The notes below the pieces were generated by a model. It saw only the letters and a list, made by a program, of their open reading frames with translations, was not told the origin of the DNA and ran no database searches. DNA of 64,000 bases, taken from NCBI RefSeq assembly GCF_036321535.1, contig NC_087437.1, forward strand, positions 105,278,001 to 105,342,000. The letters run 5' to 3'. This DNA is from Camelus dromedarius. Its lineage: Eukaryota. The translations under genes and the position numbers were made by a program. Positions 10,485 through 22,270 of this stretch are shown in pieces. Numbering within the stretch: position 1 is the stretch's first letter; the number at the start of each line of letters is the position of its first letter.

Positions 10485-13300
10485 GGTCCCCCTGGGTGGC
10501 AACTCCCATAAGGAAAGGGCAGTCACTAAGTTTTACTCTCCTAAAAGCAGGTGGTTTGCTAAGACTCTAAAAACTGCTGTGCTGCTATTGTTACCTATTC
10601 CTCTTTTATCAGAAGAAGATCATGATCTTTGGGGTCACAATAAAAAATTCCAAGGTACCATCCTGGCACAATCAAGGTATGAATTCAAACATGACTTAAG
10701 ACTAAGTCCCTAAACTCAATAAAGCTACCATTGTTGTGAGGGAAGTTCCTAACCCTTATGATACTTTCTTGAGACTCTCTGGAGGAAAAAACATATAAAT
10801 ATAAATGGCGTGAAGAGGACTCAACTAAATCCCCTGCATTACATTCAGTAACTGTTAAAGAAAACAAAAACAAAAACAAAAAACAACTGAACAGAGCGGG
10901 AGGAAACAAAAAACTGAATCATATGTCTGCAGTTTTCTGATTTAAATTAGATACTCAACACTTACTAAAAGAATTTATATAAGAAGAAATATAAAATGGC
11001 ACTGATGGTTTTTGTGCTTCTACAAAATAGGTTATAAATTAATTTTAATATGTGTTAAAATGTACCAATTGACAAACTTTCATGGACTTAATTAACACTG
11101 GGGCTTAAATTATAGTTTAGTCTGTGAGTCCTAATAATTTTAAACAAAATATCCTCTTTAATCTAAGGAAAGTTACCAAAGATAAAATAGAGGAAAGCAG
11201 GTACACTTCGCCTTAACCATCAGAACTCATGTCTTTCCCAATTCCCCATGGTCATAGCACCTATTGCCTTAAAATGTCTTGGCATGGATGGATATACTTT
11301 GACTCAACAAGCAAAATATTAAAGTAAACAGTCATGAATAGTAACTAATAATAATAAATTAAATTAAATTTGAATTAGGATTTTAGCCCTTAAAATCCCC
11401 TTGACAAAATACATCTCAATATAAGTTAAAACAAGACCTTTAAAGATTGAAACTGATTATATAAGGCCTGTTTAGATAAGTGGTGATTATCCCCACTGCT
11501 TCTCTACTTAACAGCTCAATATGGCCTGTTCTTAAACCTGGAAAGAATGACTGGTGCTTCACGGTAGATTGGCTCCCATACTCAATATCATTGAAATTAC
11601 TGACTCCATTCAGTCAGAAACTGGTAGATCCTTTGTCATAGATTTGGTGATATTCTTCTCAGGGACTATTTCACCAGCATTTCAACCCCAGTGTGCCTTC
11701 ACCTTCAAAAAGACATGGTATGTCTTTACCTAGCAACCCGTGGGGTACAATAGCCTTGCCATCACACACAATTCTTGCAGCCAAGATCTCAACCACATCC
11801 AGCTTTCTCCAGGAACACAGATACATCATCACAGCAATTCCATCTTTCTGTTAGTTGACTCATTTGACATACAGAGTCAGGACATCCAAATATCCACAGA
11901 GAATGTCTAAGAAGGAATGGGCCACTGCCACACGTAAAGTACTAGTTCCCACCATCTCAGTACATTTCTGAGAATCACCTGGTCAGTGGAGATGTTTCAT
12001 CCCTGACATTGATAAGAAAGAGCAGCTAAACCAGCACCCATAATATTAAAATGGACTCAATATCTTTTAGGGCTTTTTGGGTTCTGAAAAAAAACATGTT
12101 TCTAATTTTAAATTTTATCAAAGCCTAGAAATGCTTTTATTCATAATTTGACCCTCTTTGAATGTCCCTCCTTCCAACCAAAAAACTCTAGAGTCTGTCT
12201 AAATTACATTGTAGCAGATACTCCAAATATTTCCCCCCAGAGACCCCTTCATTCTACAGAATAGAGGAAATTCCTTTCATGCCTCCTAGACTCCTAGGAC
12301 CAACTGATGGTCATAAAACTTCCATAGGCTTCCCAATGTAAGAAACTCTTCTTTGTTGCACGTTACCTGACATTAGGGCAAAAATTGCTGGATATATACA
12401 TGGATCTTATTGAAAGAGAAGCTTTCACAGGCATTAAACATGGAACCTTCTATACCCAACTGCCCATTATGAGTTAGGCTGTGGAAGAAGCACTCCAGAA
12501 GCTTGACATGGCCTCTTGCTAAATGAAAACAGTGTTAATAGAATAGAATGAATCCTGGGCCCTCTAGCATATTCCTTACTCAAGGGGGTGGCTTGGCTAT
12601 CCTTAGTACCTTTCAGATGCCATGATGTGGATGCAGTCATTCCTCTAACAAATCTTTTGATTACGTGAGAGTCCATTGGGATTAACTGACTGAACATCAA
12701 AGAGAATTCATATAATATATGAATGGCAGCCCCGTCATTACATGTGCTAGAGCCCTCAGGGGAGTCAGCACCATCCTCTCCTTAACCATGTATCTCGGAT
12801 CAAGACCAAGACACCTGGGTCAGTACAATAATGGATGGCTTGGGCAGCAACAGCCCCATCTGCACATTTTGACAGACAGTAGGACCATTTTCAATGGTAT
12901 GACCATCTGATCTGGCCAATAGCCAAAACAACAATTCCTTATCCAGGGCTGCCCCATCTGGGAATAAAGATCACTGAAAATCTCTTACTTCATAGATACC
13001 CAAAATATAAAGCACAATCATACATGTCTTTGCATGCACTAAAGTCACAATACACAGCTTCATCAAGACACTGCTTATCCCCTTTAGAGTTCAAGATATC
13101 ATTGACAGTTACCAGGGCACACATTTCACATCTCAAAATACTCAATGCTGAGCTCTCAAACAGCCATTCACTGCGACTTTGACATCCCTAAGTGGCCTCA
13201 GGTTACCAGACTGATAATGTGCCAGCCGTATAGCTTATTTAAATAAAATTCAATCAAATAGAACATGGGGAACATGGCATAGCTCATCAATCTCCAGGAC
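10485..13300 (+). mobile_element. Decayed internal region of a class III (ERV-L-like) endogenous retrovirus: gag?-pro-pol remnants, no env
   Basis: Protease FMDLINTGA* at 11079-11108 (DTG decayed to NTG). RT VIIPTASLLNSSIWPVLKPGKNDWCFTVDW from 11483, then FVIDLVIFFS...PQCAFTFKKTWYVFT*QPVGYNS, and LLGLFGF*KK at ~12064-12095. RNase H HILTDSRTIFNGMTI*SGQ at ~12863-12920. Integrase DIIDSYQGTHFTSQ at ~13096-13137. Each resembles ERV-L pol motifs (SPFNSPIWPV, IDLANAFFS, LPQGY, LVGLFGFW, TDSWAVANG, SDQGTHFT). Many stops and frameshifts. Confidence 0.88.
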
Positions 13301-13610
13301 TGAATAAAAGTCTGGCTCCCTTTTTGATGTTTGACTGCTAAGAACTTCTAAGCCCTCCCTTTTCTTCTTTTCATCTTCCCTCACATGTGGTCAACCCCAA
13401 GATAAAGCCCAAGTGCTTCCTCTTTTTGCACTAGTAGGAACATTAACCCTCACCCTGGCCTCACCCCAACCATAATAATAACCAGAACCATTCTCTGCTC
13501 TTTTTGTTCTCAAGTCATTTTCAGACTTGCATGGAAACCTGCCTGGCTCTCTTTAGAAAGTCTCAGTATGAGTAATAAAACTTTCAGTACTGTCTTGTTG
13601 TGTGTGTGTT
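13301..13610 (+). mobile_element. 3' LTR of the ERV-L-like provirus (exact family uncertain, possibly MER54/MER74 group)
   Basis: tgaataaaagtctggctccctttttgatgtttgactgct..., poly(A) signal in gagtaataaaact at ~13570-13582, homologous to 9666-9805. Confidence 0.8.
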
Positions 13611-13699
13611 TGTATGTATGTACAAGTGTGTGTAGTGTACATATAATATTTGTGTATAATATAAATATAACATATATTTCCACATACATGAAAATATGT

Positions 13700-13900
13700 A
13701 TATATATGGAAAATTACAGATAAATGCAATTAAAGTTAGCATAAATTCACAAGAGTGGCTATATAGGCAGTGAGGGTGGTAGATGAACATAAAATATATA
13801 GAAAATAGATATAGGATATATAGAAAATTTTTAAAAGATTGGAAATGTTGTATTTTCTAAGCTGGTTGGTAGGCACATTGAAAACCATTTTTCCTTCAAA
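13700..13900 (+). mobile_element. L1ME-like 3' end
   Basis: aaattcacaagagtggcta...ggaaatgttgtattttctaagctggttggtaggcaca resembles an old L1 3' UTR. Confidence 0.55.
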
Positions 13901-14351
13901 CACTTAACTTGAATGTTTGCATTCAATTGTAGAATGCAAAGAGGATAATATCAATATTCTAGTCATAGGAAAAATGAAAATGAAAACTTGAATTTGAAGG
14001 GAAGACAAATTTCAGGCATTTGAAAGGAAATTTGAAAGATTTAAAAATTTTTTAGTTGTACATGAACAATAAGAGTTTCCACAGCAATACAGACGAGATA
14101 CTATCTAACGAATAGCCCTCATCACTGGAATTTGAATTGTTCCTTATCTATTTATCATATGGCAATATTAACTTCAACAACAAAAACTTTAAAAATTAAG
14201 GCAAACTAAAATATTTTCAAGTGACTTAGGAAAAATTTAACTTAACACTAACAGCCTGCATTTTCATTGTGCTTAATACAGATTATAATTTTTATATACT
14301 ATTAAATTATGACTGAATGTCACTGACATATGATGAGTTTAATATCTTCAA

Positions 14352-14545
14352 GAGTTAGATTTAAAGTCAGAGTTCAGAGGTAAAATCTTGCTGTGTTAAA
14401 TAATTTCTATGGCCCTCTGTTTCCCCATCCATAAAACAAGGATAATAAAAACCTTTGCAAGAGGTTTGCTGTAAGGAATAAAAGATAATAAAAGTGAAAA
14501 TGACTTTCACAATGTCTGACTTACATAAGGGATTCAATACATTTT
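14352..14545 (+). mobile_element. MIR
   Basis: Core ctctgtttccccatccataaaacaaggataataaaacc...gctgtaaggaataaaagata. Confidence 0.8.
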
Positions 14546-15273
14546 TGACATGATTTAGGAATGCTCTTAAAATAAGAAAATATTTTAAATATTTTATATG
14601 TGTGCTTCACTGCTCCCTAATGAAACAGTGTAGAACTGGCTCTTGCCCCTTGAACACTGACATAAATTTAGACTATTTATTAAGTGCCTGCAAGTTTAGG
14701 GACAATGAGAAGGGTCAGCATGATGAGTTTCGTAAGACAGGAATCAGGGAACACTCAGGGACCAATAACATCAAAATTCCAGCATTCATGTATTTCTCAG
14801 GAACACAAATTTGTTGCTGGGGGTGGAAAGAGTGACAAAGGACTGGCTGCCAGTTCTGATAAAATTGTTAATTTGAATTACCAGACTATTGCTATTTAAG
14901 ACTGAACTTCTGTCGAACTTCCTGATATTCTGAATTTATCCCATGTCATCTCTGCTTCATGTTTGAACCCAAAAATTTGTGTGTGTCTTTTCACATCTAT
15001 ATGTGACTTCTGCTTGATTTCTGTGAAGATCCAAAACAGAAGAGAATGGAAATTACAAGTCTAGCTAGGGCAGAGGTCATGCCCAGTGGAGACAGTAATG
15101 GAGCTACTCAGGAAGGAAGTTCAGGTGACCAAACAGAAGGAGGTCTATGGGGTCAAGTTACAGTGAGAAACAGCAGTGGTACTGAGCACTCCATCCAGAG
15201 GCCAGTGCTGCTATACGGTGGATGATCCTGTTAATTGTAGCCTGATCTGGATACATTTAAAATTAAACCCCTA

Positions 15274-15370
15274 GTGGATGAGTATAGCTCAATGGTAGAG
15301 CACATTCTTAGCATGCATGAGGTCCTGCGTTCAATTCCCAGTACTTCCACTAAATAAGTAAATTAGTAAT
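15274..15370 (+). mobile_element. tRNA-derived camelid SINE (Vic-1 type)
   Basis: gagtatagctcaatggtagagcacattcttagcatgcatgaggtcctgcgttcaattcccagtacttcca; degenerate TSD 15259-15273 / 15371-15385 (12/15). Confidence 0.88.
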
Positions 15371-15653
15371 AAAAATAAACTCCAATAACTTTTGAGGCCC
15401 ACTGGGAAGTATTCAATTGAATAAGACCCTGTAGAGATGCTACCTGATGTTGATCTTTTATTTGTTATCCTCAGCCCCATCCTGGCATAGGAAATTTGGG
15501 TGTTGCTGGAGACAGAAGGGACTTTGTAGCTTTCATTTGTAATTTAGCCTTTATTCTCTAAGCCTGAACTTAAAATTTTGAAAAAATAATTTCTACCTCT
15601 GTACTTTAGCCACAATTACCAAATGGGTTTTTTCAAAAGTATCTTAAAAATAC

Positions 15654-15955
15654 TGTAAGGAAGGTGTTGGAGAAGGTCATCAGGGAGGATGTGACCGTGA
15701 CTTCTGATTGAACTGTGAGCTTGACCTGGGCAATCAGAGACTCCTCAACCCCTCCCCAGTCCTTGTGATGTATGTTTGCCCATCTTCCTGTAGCTGGAGC
15801 TGTTCCAGGGATGTAGCCTTGAGAGAATAAGGTGTTATTGAGACCATCTGTGCTGTGTAGTAACTGATCCTTATTAAAGTCTATATAAACTTTTAAGATT
15901 CCCGTGGGTGGATGCAGAGATCTACAAGCCTCGTGTGTGAATTCTCTTGCTTATT
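15654..15955 (+). mobile_element. ERV solo LTR, 3'-truncated
   Basis: Begins tgtaagg, GC-richer than flanks, TATA-like ctatataaac at ~15881-15890, breaks off at ttctcttgcttatt where the poly(A) signal is expected. Confidence 0.65.
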
Positions 15956-16035
15956 CTTTTATTTTAATTGAAGCATAGTTGATTTACGGTGCTGTAAATT
16001 GGTGTACAGCATAGTGGTTTAGAATATATATATAT
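15956..16035 (-). mobile_element. Short L1 3' end (artiodactyl-type)
   Basis: ttttaattgaagcatagttgatttac...ggtgtacagcatagtg is the reverse of a cetartiodactyl L1 terminus. Confidence 0.7.
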
Positions 16036-18292
16036 ATTAAAATAATTAACAGTTTAATCTACAAAACAGAAAATTATGGGTATTATGGAAACTCCTTTAT
16101 TCATTCTCTTTCTCTCTCTCTCCCCCTCTTTCTCTTTCTCTCTCCATCCATCCATTAGTCCATCTATCCATCTCTATACTTCTCTATTTAGCCTGCCATT
16201 TATTTGGATAATGCTAAACATATAGCTGCTTTTCAGTTCTATTATTAAAAAGAAATAGGATGAAACTCTACTCATTTAGAATAATAGATAAAAATTAACT
16301 ATAGGTAAAAAGGACACGTAAATGCTTTAAGTCTGAAAGAACAAATAAGTCGCTTTCCTTTTGAAAGCGGCTAACACATCATTCTAAGAAACTTTCTCTG
16401 AGAATTTGTTGTGATAGGTACAAATTCTTTCAGGGTAGTTCTCAGTGTTTTGAGAGAGATTAAGAATAAACCGGGTACAAAGGGAAATGCAGTGTAATGC
16501 ATCTAAAAAATGTATTATTAGATATATATTTCAGTCACTTCTTTTTGTGTACAAAATGAGTATTTGTTTTCCTAAAAGGACATCATATTATTAAATCCTG
16601 GAACTGTCCTCTAGAAAATTGACCTCTGAAATATCTTATTATTAATTTTTAACTAAATAGATAATTTAAATGTTTGACATATTACTATATATAGCAATAT
16701 ATATGTTACTTTATAGATTTATATATATTATATATACTTTATATATGATAAATAATATATAAATATAATTATATTTTCTAAAAAACATTCTTTTCTACTA
16801 TATTATATATTATTACTAATATACATTACTACATTTTTTAGTATTACTAATGCTATTGATTTATTTTTTCCAGTGAAGTTGAACACTGCAATCTATGCAC
16901 ACATACTAGAATTGATTTACATGTCTGTAACTGATAATAGAAAGGAGTATTGGTGGTCATTTCAGTTCTTGACGTACCAAAATATGTAATTTATTACATA
17001 CAAAATTTTTATCTCTTTGGATCAAAATGTAATTTATCAGACATATCTTGAAGCATTTAAATTGTTTTTTCAAAAGCATCAAATTTAACAGAAAATCCAG
17101 GTTTCAGATGATGTCACTGGACAATTCAAAATTAAGGCTTTAGTAACTGATGAGTAACTAGGACAATTTGAGCCCATGAGCATAGCTGATGCCAGCAAAT
17201 ATCTTCACTCTGCTCAAAACTAGTGAACTGGCTCAGGCCACAGGAAAAAGAATATTTCAAGAAATAAGAAGGAATTGTCATGCTAAAATGACCCCAATGT
17301 TGCCAGTTGTAACTAAATGAAATCTATCACCCTCATTGGTGACAAACAGCTGGCAGGCATGCTCACTCTTAGCATTCTCTCACTTAGCATATTATTTATG
17401 AATCTATTTAGTTCTGAAAATGCTTAAGTATGATGAACAGAATAGAGAGATGATTATTTCTCCATGCCATACGTGCACAAAGGAAGCATGCATGCACATT
17501 TTAAATAATAATTGGCTGAAAGGCCTTGACTGCAATGCTTTGGCAAATACGTTTCTGCTCTCTTCATATTGTAATTAAATATGCAAAGCTTGGTTCTTTT
17601 GGCCTGTTTTTTTATGATTTGCTATTTCATGGAAGTTTCAAAATACTCTGCAAACAGAAAAGACCTATTCTGTCCTTTATGAAACAATGCAGAGAAATGT
17701 TTATATTTGCAAGCCTGAAAAAAATTACTTGAAATTAATGACATTTATTCTAAGGGAAGTCAATAGATCACAAGTCATAGAAGTTAATTTAATTAATTCT
17801 GGGAGTTTATTGTTACCGAGACTGCTGATGTTCCTCAACTCCCTCCCCTCAGTCAATGTTTTTTGTTTTTTTGTTTTTCCATAGATTATATGGTTACTTT
17901 TAAATCAAAATTTCTTAGGTTATCTGAACTTTGCCTGACAATCATGCAAGATGCTACCTTTGTTTCAAAGGATCAAAGCTTATGACAATGTAACACACTT
18001 TTATTCACACATATTTGCTTTAATAATGTCAAAAGACATAATATACTACTCAGCGTGTGAGACTTTATAAGAATCATATCCATTCCTGAGGGACTTATTT
18101 GGACTTGGAGTACCCACCTCCCACTGAGTTAATTTTGACCCAATTTTTCCTTTACACAACGTAGATTTGATGGTTAAATGATTTCCCTGCTGAAAAAATA
18201 GCAGCTTAACTAGTTGTTAAATTTGAATAAATGGAATAATACATTTGAAAGAGGTTGGGAGCTATAAAACACTCTAAAATGTCAATTATTAC

Positions 18293-18424
18293 TATTATTT
18301 TTGTTATACTTTTACATTTCAGAAAGCAGTCAGCCTAGTTGAGCTCAGTGTAAATTGTTATTATTTTTGTTACACCTTCACCTTTTAGAAAACAGTCAGA
18401 TCAGTTGACCTCAGTACCAATTAG
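18293..18424. repeat. Diverged 66-bp tandem duplication (2 units)
   Basis: 18293-18358 vs 18359-18424 align without gaps, 51/66 identical by manual count. Confidence 0.85.
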
Positions 18425-18802
18425 TGTGATACTTCATTTAATTTCCTACTGGTCCTATTATGAAATTTAAAACATAATTCACTGACGTCTACATAGAGAG
18501 GAAGAATGCAGGGGGCCAGAATGAGGGAGAGGAGGGGATGCTTCTAGAGAGAAAGAGTAGAGATATTTGCTCATAAATCCACAGTTACCAAAAAAAAATC
18601 CCACCAACAACTTACAACATCCTCTTTTGTCACTTTCAAGTAATAACATGAAGGCAGGAAGTTACTCCGCTGTTTCCTTAATAGAGAATAAAATGTTAAC
18701 TTCATATATTCATGAGGGAGCAGTCTTATTTAAATTTTATTTCAAGCTACAGAACAAATTATGACCACATAAATGCAATAATAATATTGATGAGTAAAGA
18801 AT

Positions 18803-18994
18803 GTCAGCTAATGTTTATCAATTATGCAACACTTTGCTTAGACTTCACTTGCATCAACTCAGCGATCTAACATCAAAAATTTAAAATCATGTCATAAGAG
18901 ATATTACTGAAGCTTAGACAAATTAAGAACTTGCCTAAGGTCATTCAAGTTGCATGTGGCATTGAAGAATTCTGCGAGCTCCTGACTCCAGGAA
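18803..18994 (-). mobile_element. MIR
   Basis: actgaagcttagacaaattaagaacttgcctaaggtcattcaag...ctgactcca is reverse MIR core. Confidence 0.75.
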
Positions 18995-19949
18995 CACAAT
19001 AACTAGCATGCACTGAAACTTTGCCACAATTACCAATACTGAAATCTAATAGTGAGGCTCAAACTCACATTTGCCCTTTGAAATGTTGACTACTCTGTGA
19101 GAGTTTCAATACTGGATTACATATGGCTTTAGAACTCACTGAAGATCTTTAGATACTGCTAGTGTAGAAAAGCCGTACAGCGTTCTAGATTTAGTTGAAA
19201 AGTGCGTATCATGAATACAGAATCAAAATGATCATCTTCCCTGTGGAAGTAAATAAGTCTTTGTGTCTGGGGCATTTTTATCACATTAGAGAGTACTTCA
19301 TCAGTAATACATGGGCTTTTTTTAAAGGAAGTAGAAAACTTGTAAATTTCAAAGGGGTAAGCAGAAAATAAATGACTAGTGAAACTGAGAACTACTCAGT
19401 CAACACTATCCAAGTTAGAAGTCTGCAAACGGTTTCCAAAATTAAGTAAACTGCAGAGAATAAATGGTACTAGAACCTGTTCACATTGATTTCTTTTTTT
19501 TCCCTTTCCTTTTTTTTTTTTTTTTCCTTTTTTATTCTCCTCAGTGATTGTGCTGGTTTCTAAGCATCGAAAAAGGAAGGGCATCAGGCTGAATCCTGAT
19601 GTGACCCTGACTCCGTGGATGGAGCATCTGTTGTTTCTATGAGCTTGTTTGTTTGAGTGACTAACTGATTATGCTACTCAGGGTTAAGGAGAGACAGCAC
19701 CGTCACGCTGGCTGACAGCAACCATGGGTCTGTAGCTAGAGTTGCTCACGTTGAGTGGAATTCTTGGTCTTAGGCTAAAATAGGCACGGTGTTTCTTACA
19801 GATTATTTTGATTTTTGAATAAATTTATATTCATGCTGTCTATTAAAATGATCACAGGATATGCTGCTTTGTTGTTCATTGCAAACATATGTAAAGCAAT
19901 TCATTATTAAAACTCTAGTAAAGTAGATTGCTTATTTTTTCTTTAAAAA

Positions 19950-20655
19950 ATTATTTTTAACAACTTTATTGAGGTATAGCTGATATATAAAATCTGCACA
20001 TATTTAGTGTATACAATTTGACGATAAAACTATTACTACAATCAAAGTGATAGATACAGCCAATACCTCTAAAAGTTACCTTATGATTCTTTGATTGTAT
20101 TTATTTATGTATTTATTTATTTTGTGATGATAAGAACACAACATGAGATCCATCCTCTGAACAAATTTTTAAGTGCACAATTCAGTATTGTTAACTCTAG
20201 GCACTATGTTGTTTAGCAGATCTCTAGAACTTACTCATCTTGTGTTACAGAAGTTTTATACCCTTTGAACCACAACTCCTCATATCCCGCGTTCCTCCAG
20301 GCCTTGGCAACCACCAATCGACCTTCTACTTTCAGGAGTTTGGCTATTATAGATTCCTTTCTCTAAGTGGAAGTAGCAGTGCGTGTTCATCAGTGACTGA
20401 CTTATTTCACTTACCGTAATGTCCAGATTCATCCATGTTGTCACATATCGCAGGATTTCCTTCTTTTTTTTAAAGATTGAATAATATTCCATTATATGTA
20501 TAAACCACCTCTTCCTTATCCACTAAGCTGTTGATGGACATTTGTATTGTCTCCAGGTCTTGGCTATTGTAGATAATGCTGCAGTGAACACAGGAGTGCA
20601 GATGTTTCTTTAAGACCCTGATTTTAATTCTTTTAGATAAATATCCTGAAATTGG
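19950..20655 (-). mobile_element. L1 3' end (L1MA9/L1MB-like)
   Basis: aactttattgaggtatagctga..., agcagatctctagaacttactcatcttg, gattcatccatgttgtcaca, gttgatggacattt...ggctattgtagataatgctgcagtgaaca. ORF 20280..20492(-) MEYYSIFKKKKEIL...TTWMNL is the L1 ORF2 C-terminus. Confidence 0.92.
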
Positions 20656-20994
20656 TAGATTGCTTTTTAATTTTTAATCTCTACAACACTATCTTTAGAA
20701 AACTTGATAGGACATGCAATACTTATAAGGAAATCAGTTTGACAAACTTCAGAAGAATCTGAATAGTTAGGTTTAGCCCCAAAGCTGGTCTTTCTCTGTT
20801 TGTTTTTAATCTACAAGGCATCCGACTTCATAGTTTGTTGCATAGGTTTCTGTTGGTTATGTATTCACTTTAGTGATTAATGAATTTGTGAAATAGCTAA
20901 TTAAATTTTAAAAACTGTTGCATTTTATCTTCGAACATTTGGCTAATTATCTTCTTGGTCTGATCACTGAGAAAAAGCAAATTCTAAATAAAAC

Positions 20995-21215
20995 ACATAA
21001 ATATATATGCATATATTATATTATAAATATGTATTATATTATATAAATATATAAATATACATTATAAACATAATATAAATAGAAATATATATAAATATAA
21101 ATAGTATGTTTTATATATAATAAAGCATTCATATTATATACAGCATACTTATTTATATTATATGTTATATAAATATATACACACAAATCACATACAATTA
21201 ATTATATATTATTTA
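20995..21215. repeat. AT-rich low-complexity (TA-like) tract
   Basis: Almost exclusively A/T with degenerate (TA)n. Confidence 0.8.
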
Positions 21216-21439
21216 AGTGATCTATCTTTGTGCTGCTCATTGAATTAATAAAATGGATTATTTCACTGAATTAATACAAATTTAAAGGAAGAGTGGAAAA
21301 TTAACAATGTAATCTTTTAAACTGGATCTTTCTCTTGGATTTGTTTTTAATTGGTAGCTATTTCTCACACCTGTCCGTATTAAGATCACTTCCAACTCAA
21401 ATGATTGAACTGAAAAAGCAAGACTTAATCACAGAGGAG

Positions 21440-21545
21440 CAAGTAATGTATCTCCTCTGTACATTCCTGTATCCTTGGTTCACAGATAGTGCCTATTACA
21501 CAAGAGGTGCTCAATGCATATTTGTTGAGTGATTTGAATGAATTC
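21440..21545 (+). mobile_element. L2 3' end
   Basis: atagtgcctattacacaagaggtgctcaatgcatatttgttgagtgatttgaatgaat. Confidence 0.75.
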
Positions 21546-22170
21546 AGTTTCTTGTATGCTTTAGATTCTTATCAAAAGCACTGTTGGTTTTTTAGCTGAG
21601 GTGAAATAGTTGAATCCTCAGGTAGATATTACTTAGAAATAAGTAGGAAGTGTAAATGCGCCACATGAAAAAGAGTAACTGTACTGAAAATAAAGTTATT
21701 TTGCATCAGGACACTTCTATGAGCTTTTGAAGGCATTTGCAAGGCTGTGATTTTGGTGAAAATATATATAAAGAGGTTACAAAAATGAAGTTAAGTTGGA
21801 CAGAATTTTGAAAGCATTTCAAAAATCAGTTTGCAATGGACTGAAGTCAGAATACATAGATAGCTAGCATCTGTTAGAATGAGTTGAAGGTTCCAATTTT
21901 TACTTTCCAAGTTTGAACGAGTCATTCCATAGTGCTGGCACCCCATTTCAAAGAAAGTGTTACATCAATTAACTTCAAGCAATCTGTGCAATTTTTATTA
22001 ATCTTTCCAACAAGTCTACATAAATCCTATTGCTAACAAGGTCAAAGCGTGCTTCAAACTGAAAGAAAGACCACTGTCTTCAAACACAGGAGAGCATGAA
22101 CAGATTTTCTACTCTCCATATTCACTACTATTTCATGATAGAATAATGTCTTGAAAACCTCTGTTACAGT

Positions 22171-22270
22171 GGGTGGGGGGTTTATCTCAGTGGTGGAGTG
22201 TGTGCTTGGTGTGCACGAGGTTCTGGGTTCAACTCCCAGTGCCTCTGTTAGGGGAAAAAAATAAAATAAA
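22171..22270 (+). mobile_element. tRNA-derived camelid SINE (Vic-1 type), diverged
   Basis: ggggggtttatctcagtggtggagtgtgtgcttggtgtgcacgaggttctgggttcaactcccagtgcctc plus A-rich tail. Confidence 0.85.

Noticed and set aside
10360..10713. Longest ORF in the window (117 aa)
   Set aside because: It starts at a non-ATG codon, spans the MER21/ERV-internal deletion junction, and resembles no protein I recognise; a chance chimeric ORF.
12719..12910. 63-aa ORF as a domesticated retroviral gene
   Set aside because: Only a decayed RNase H fragment, surrounded by stops and frameshifts.
17147..17200. CTGATGA as a hammerhead ribozyme core or C/D snoRNA box (also ~31390, ~14720)
   Set aside because: No stem II followed by GAAA and no convincing terminal stem or box D arrangement; expected by chance.
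18293..18424. CRISPR-like repeat array
   Set aside because: Only two adjacent diverged units with no spacers, in mammalian DNA.
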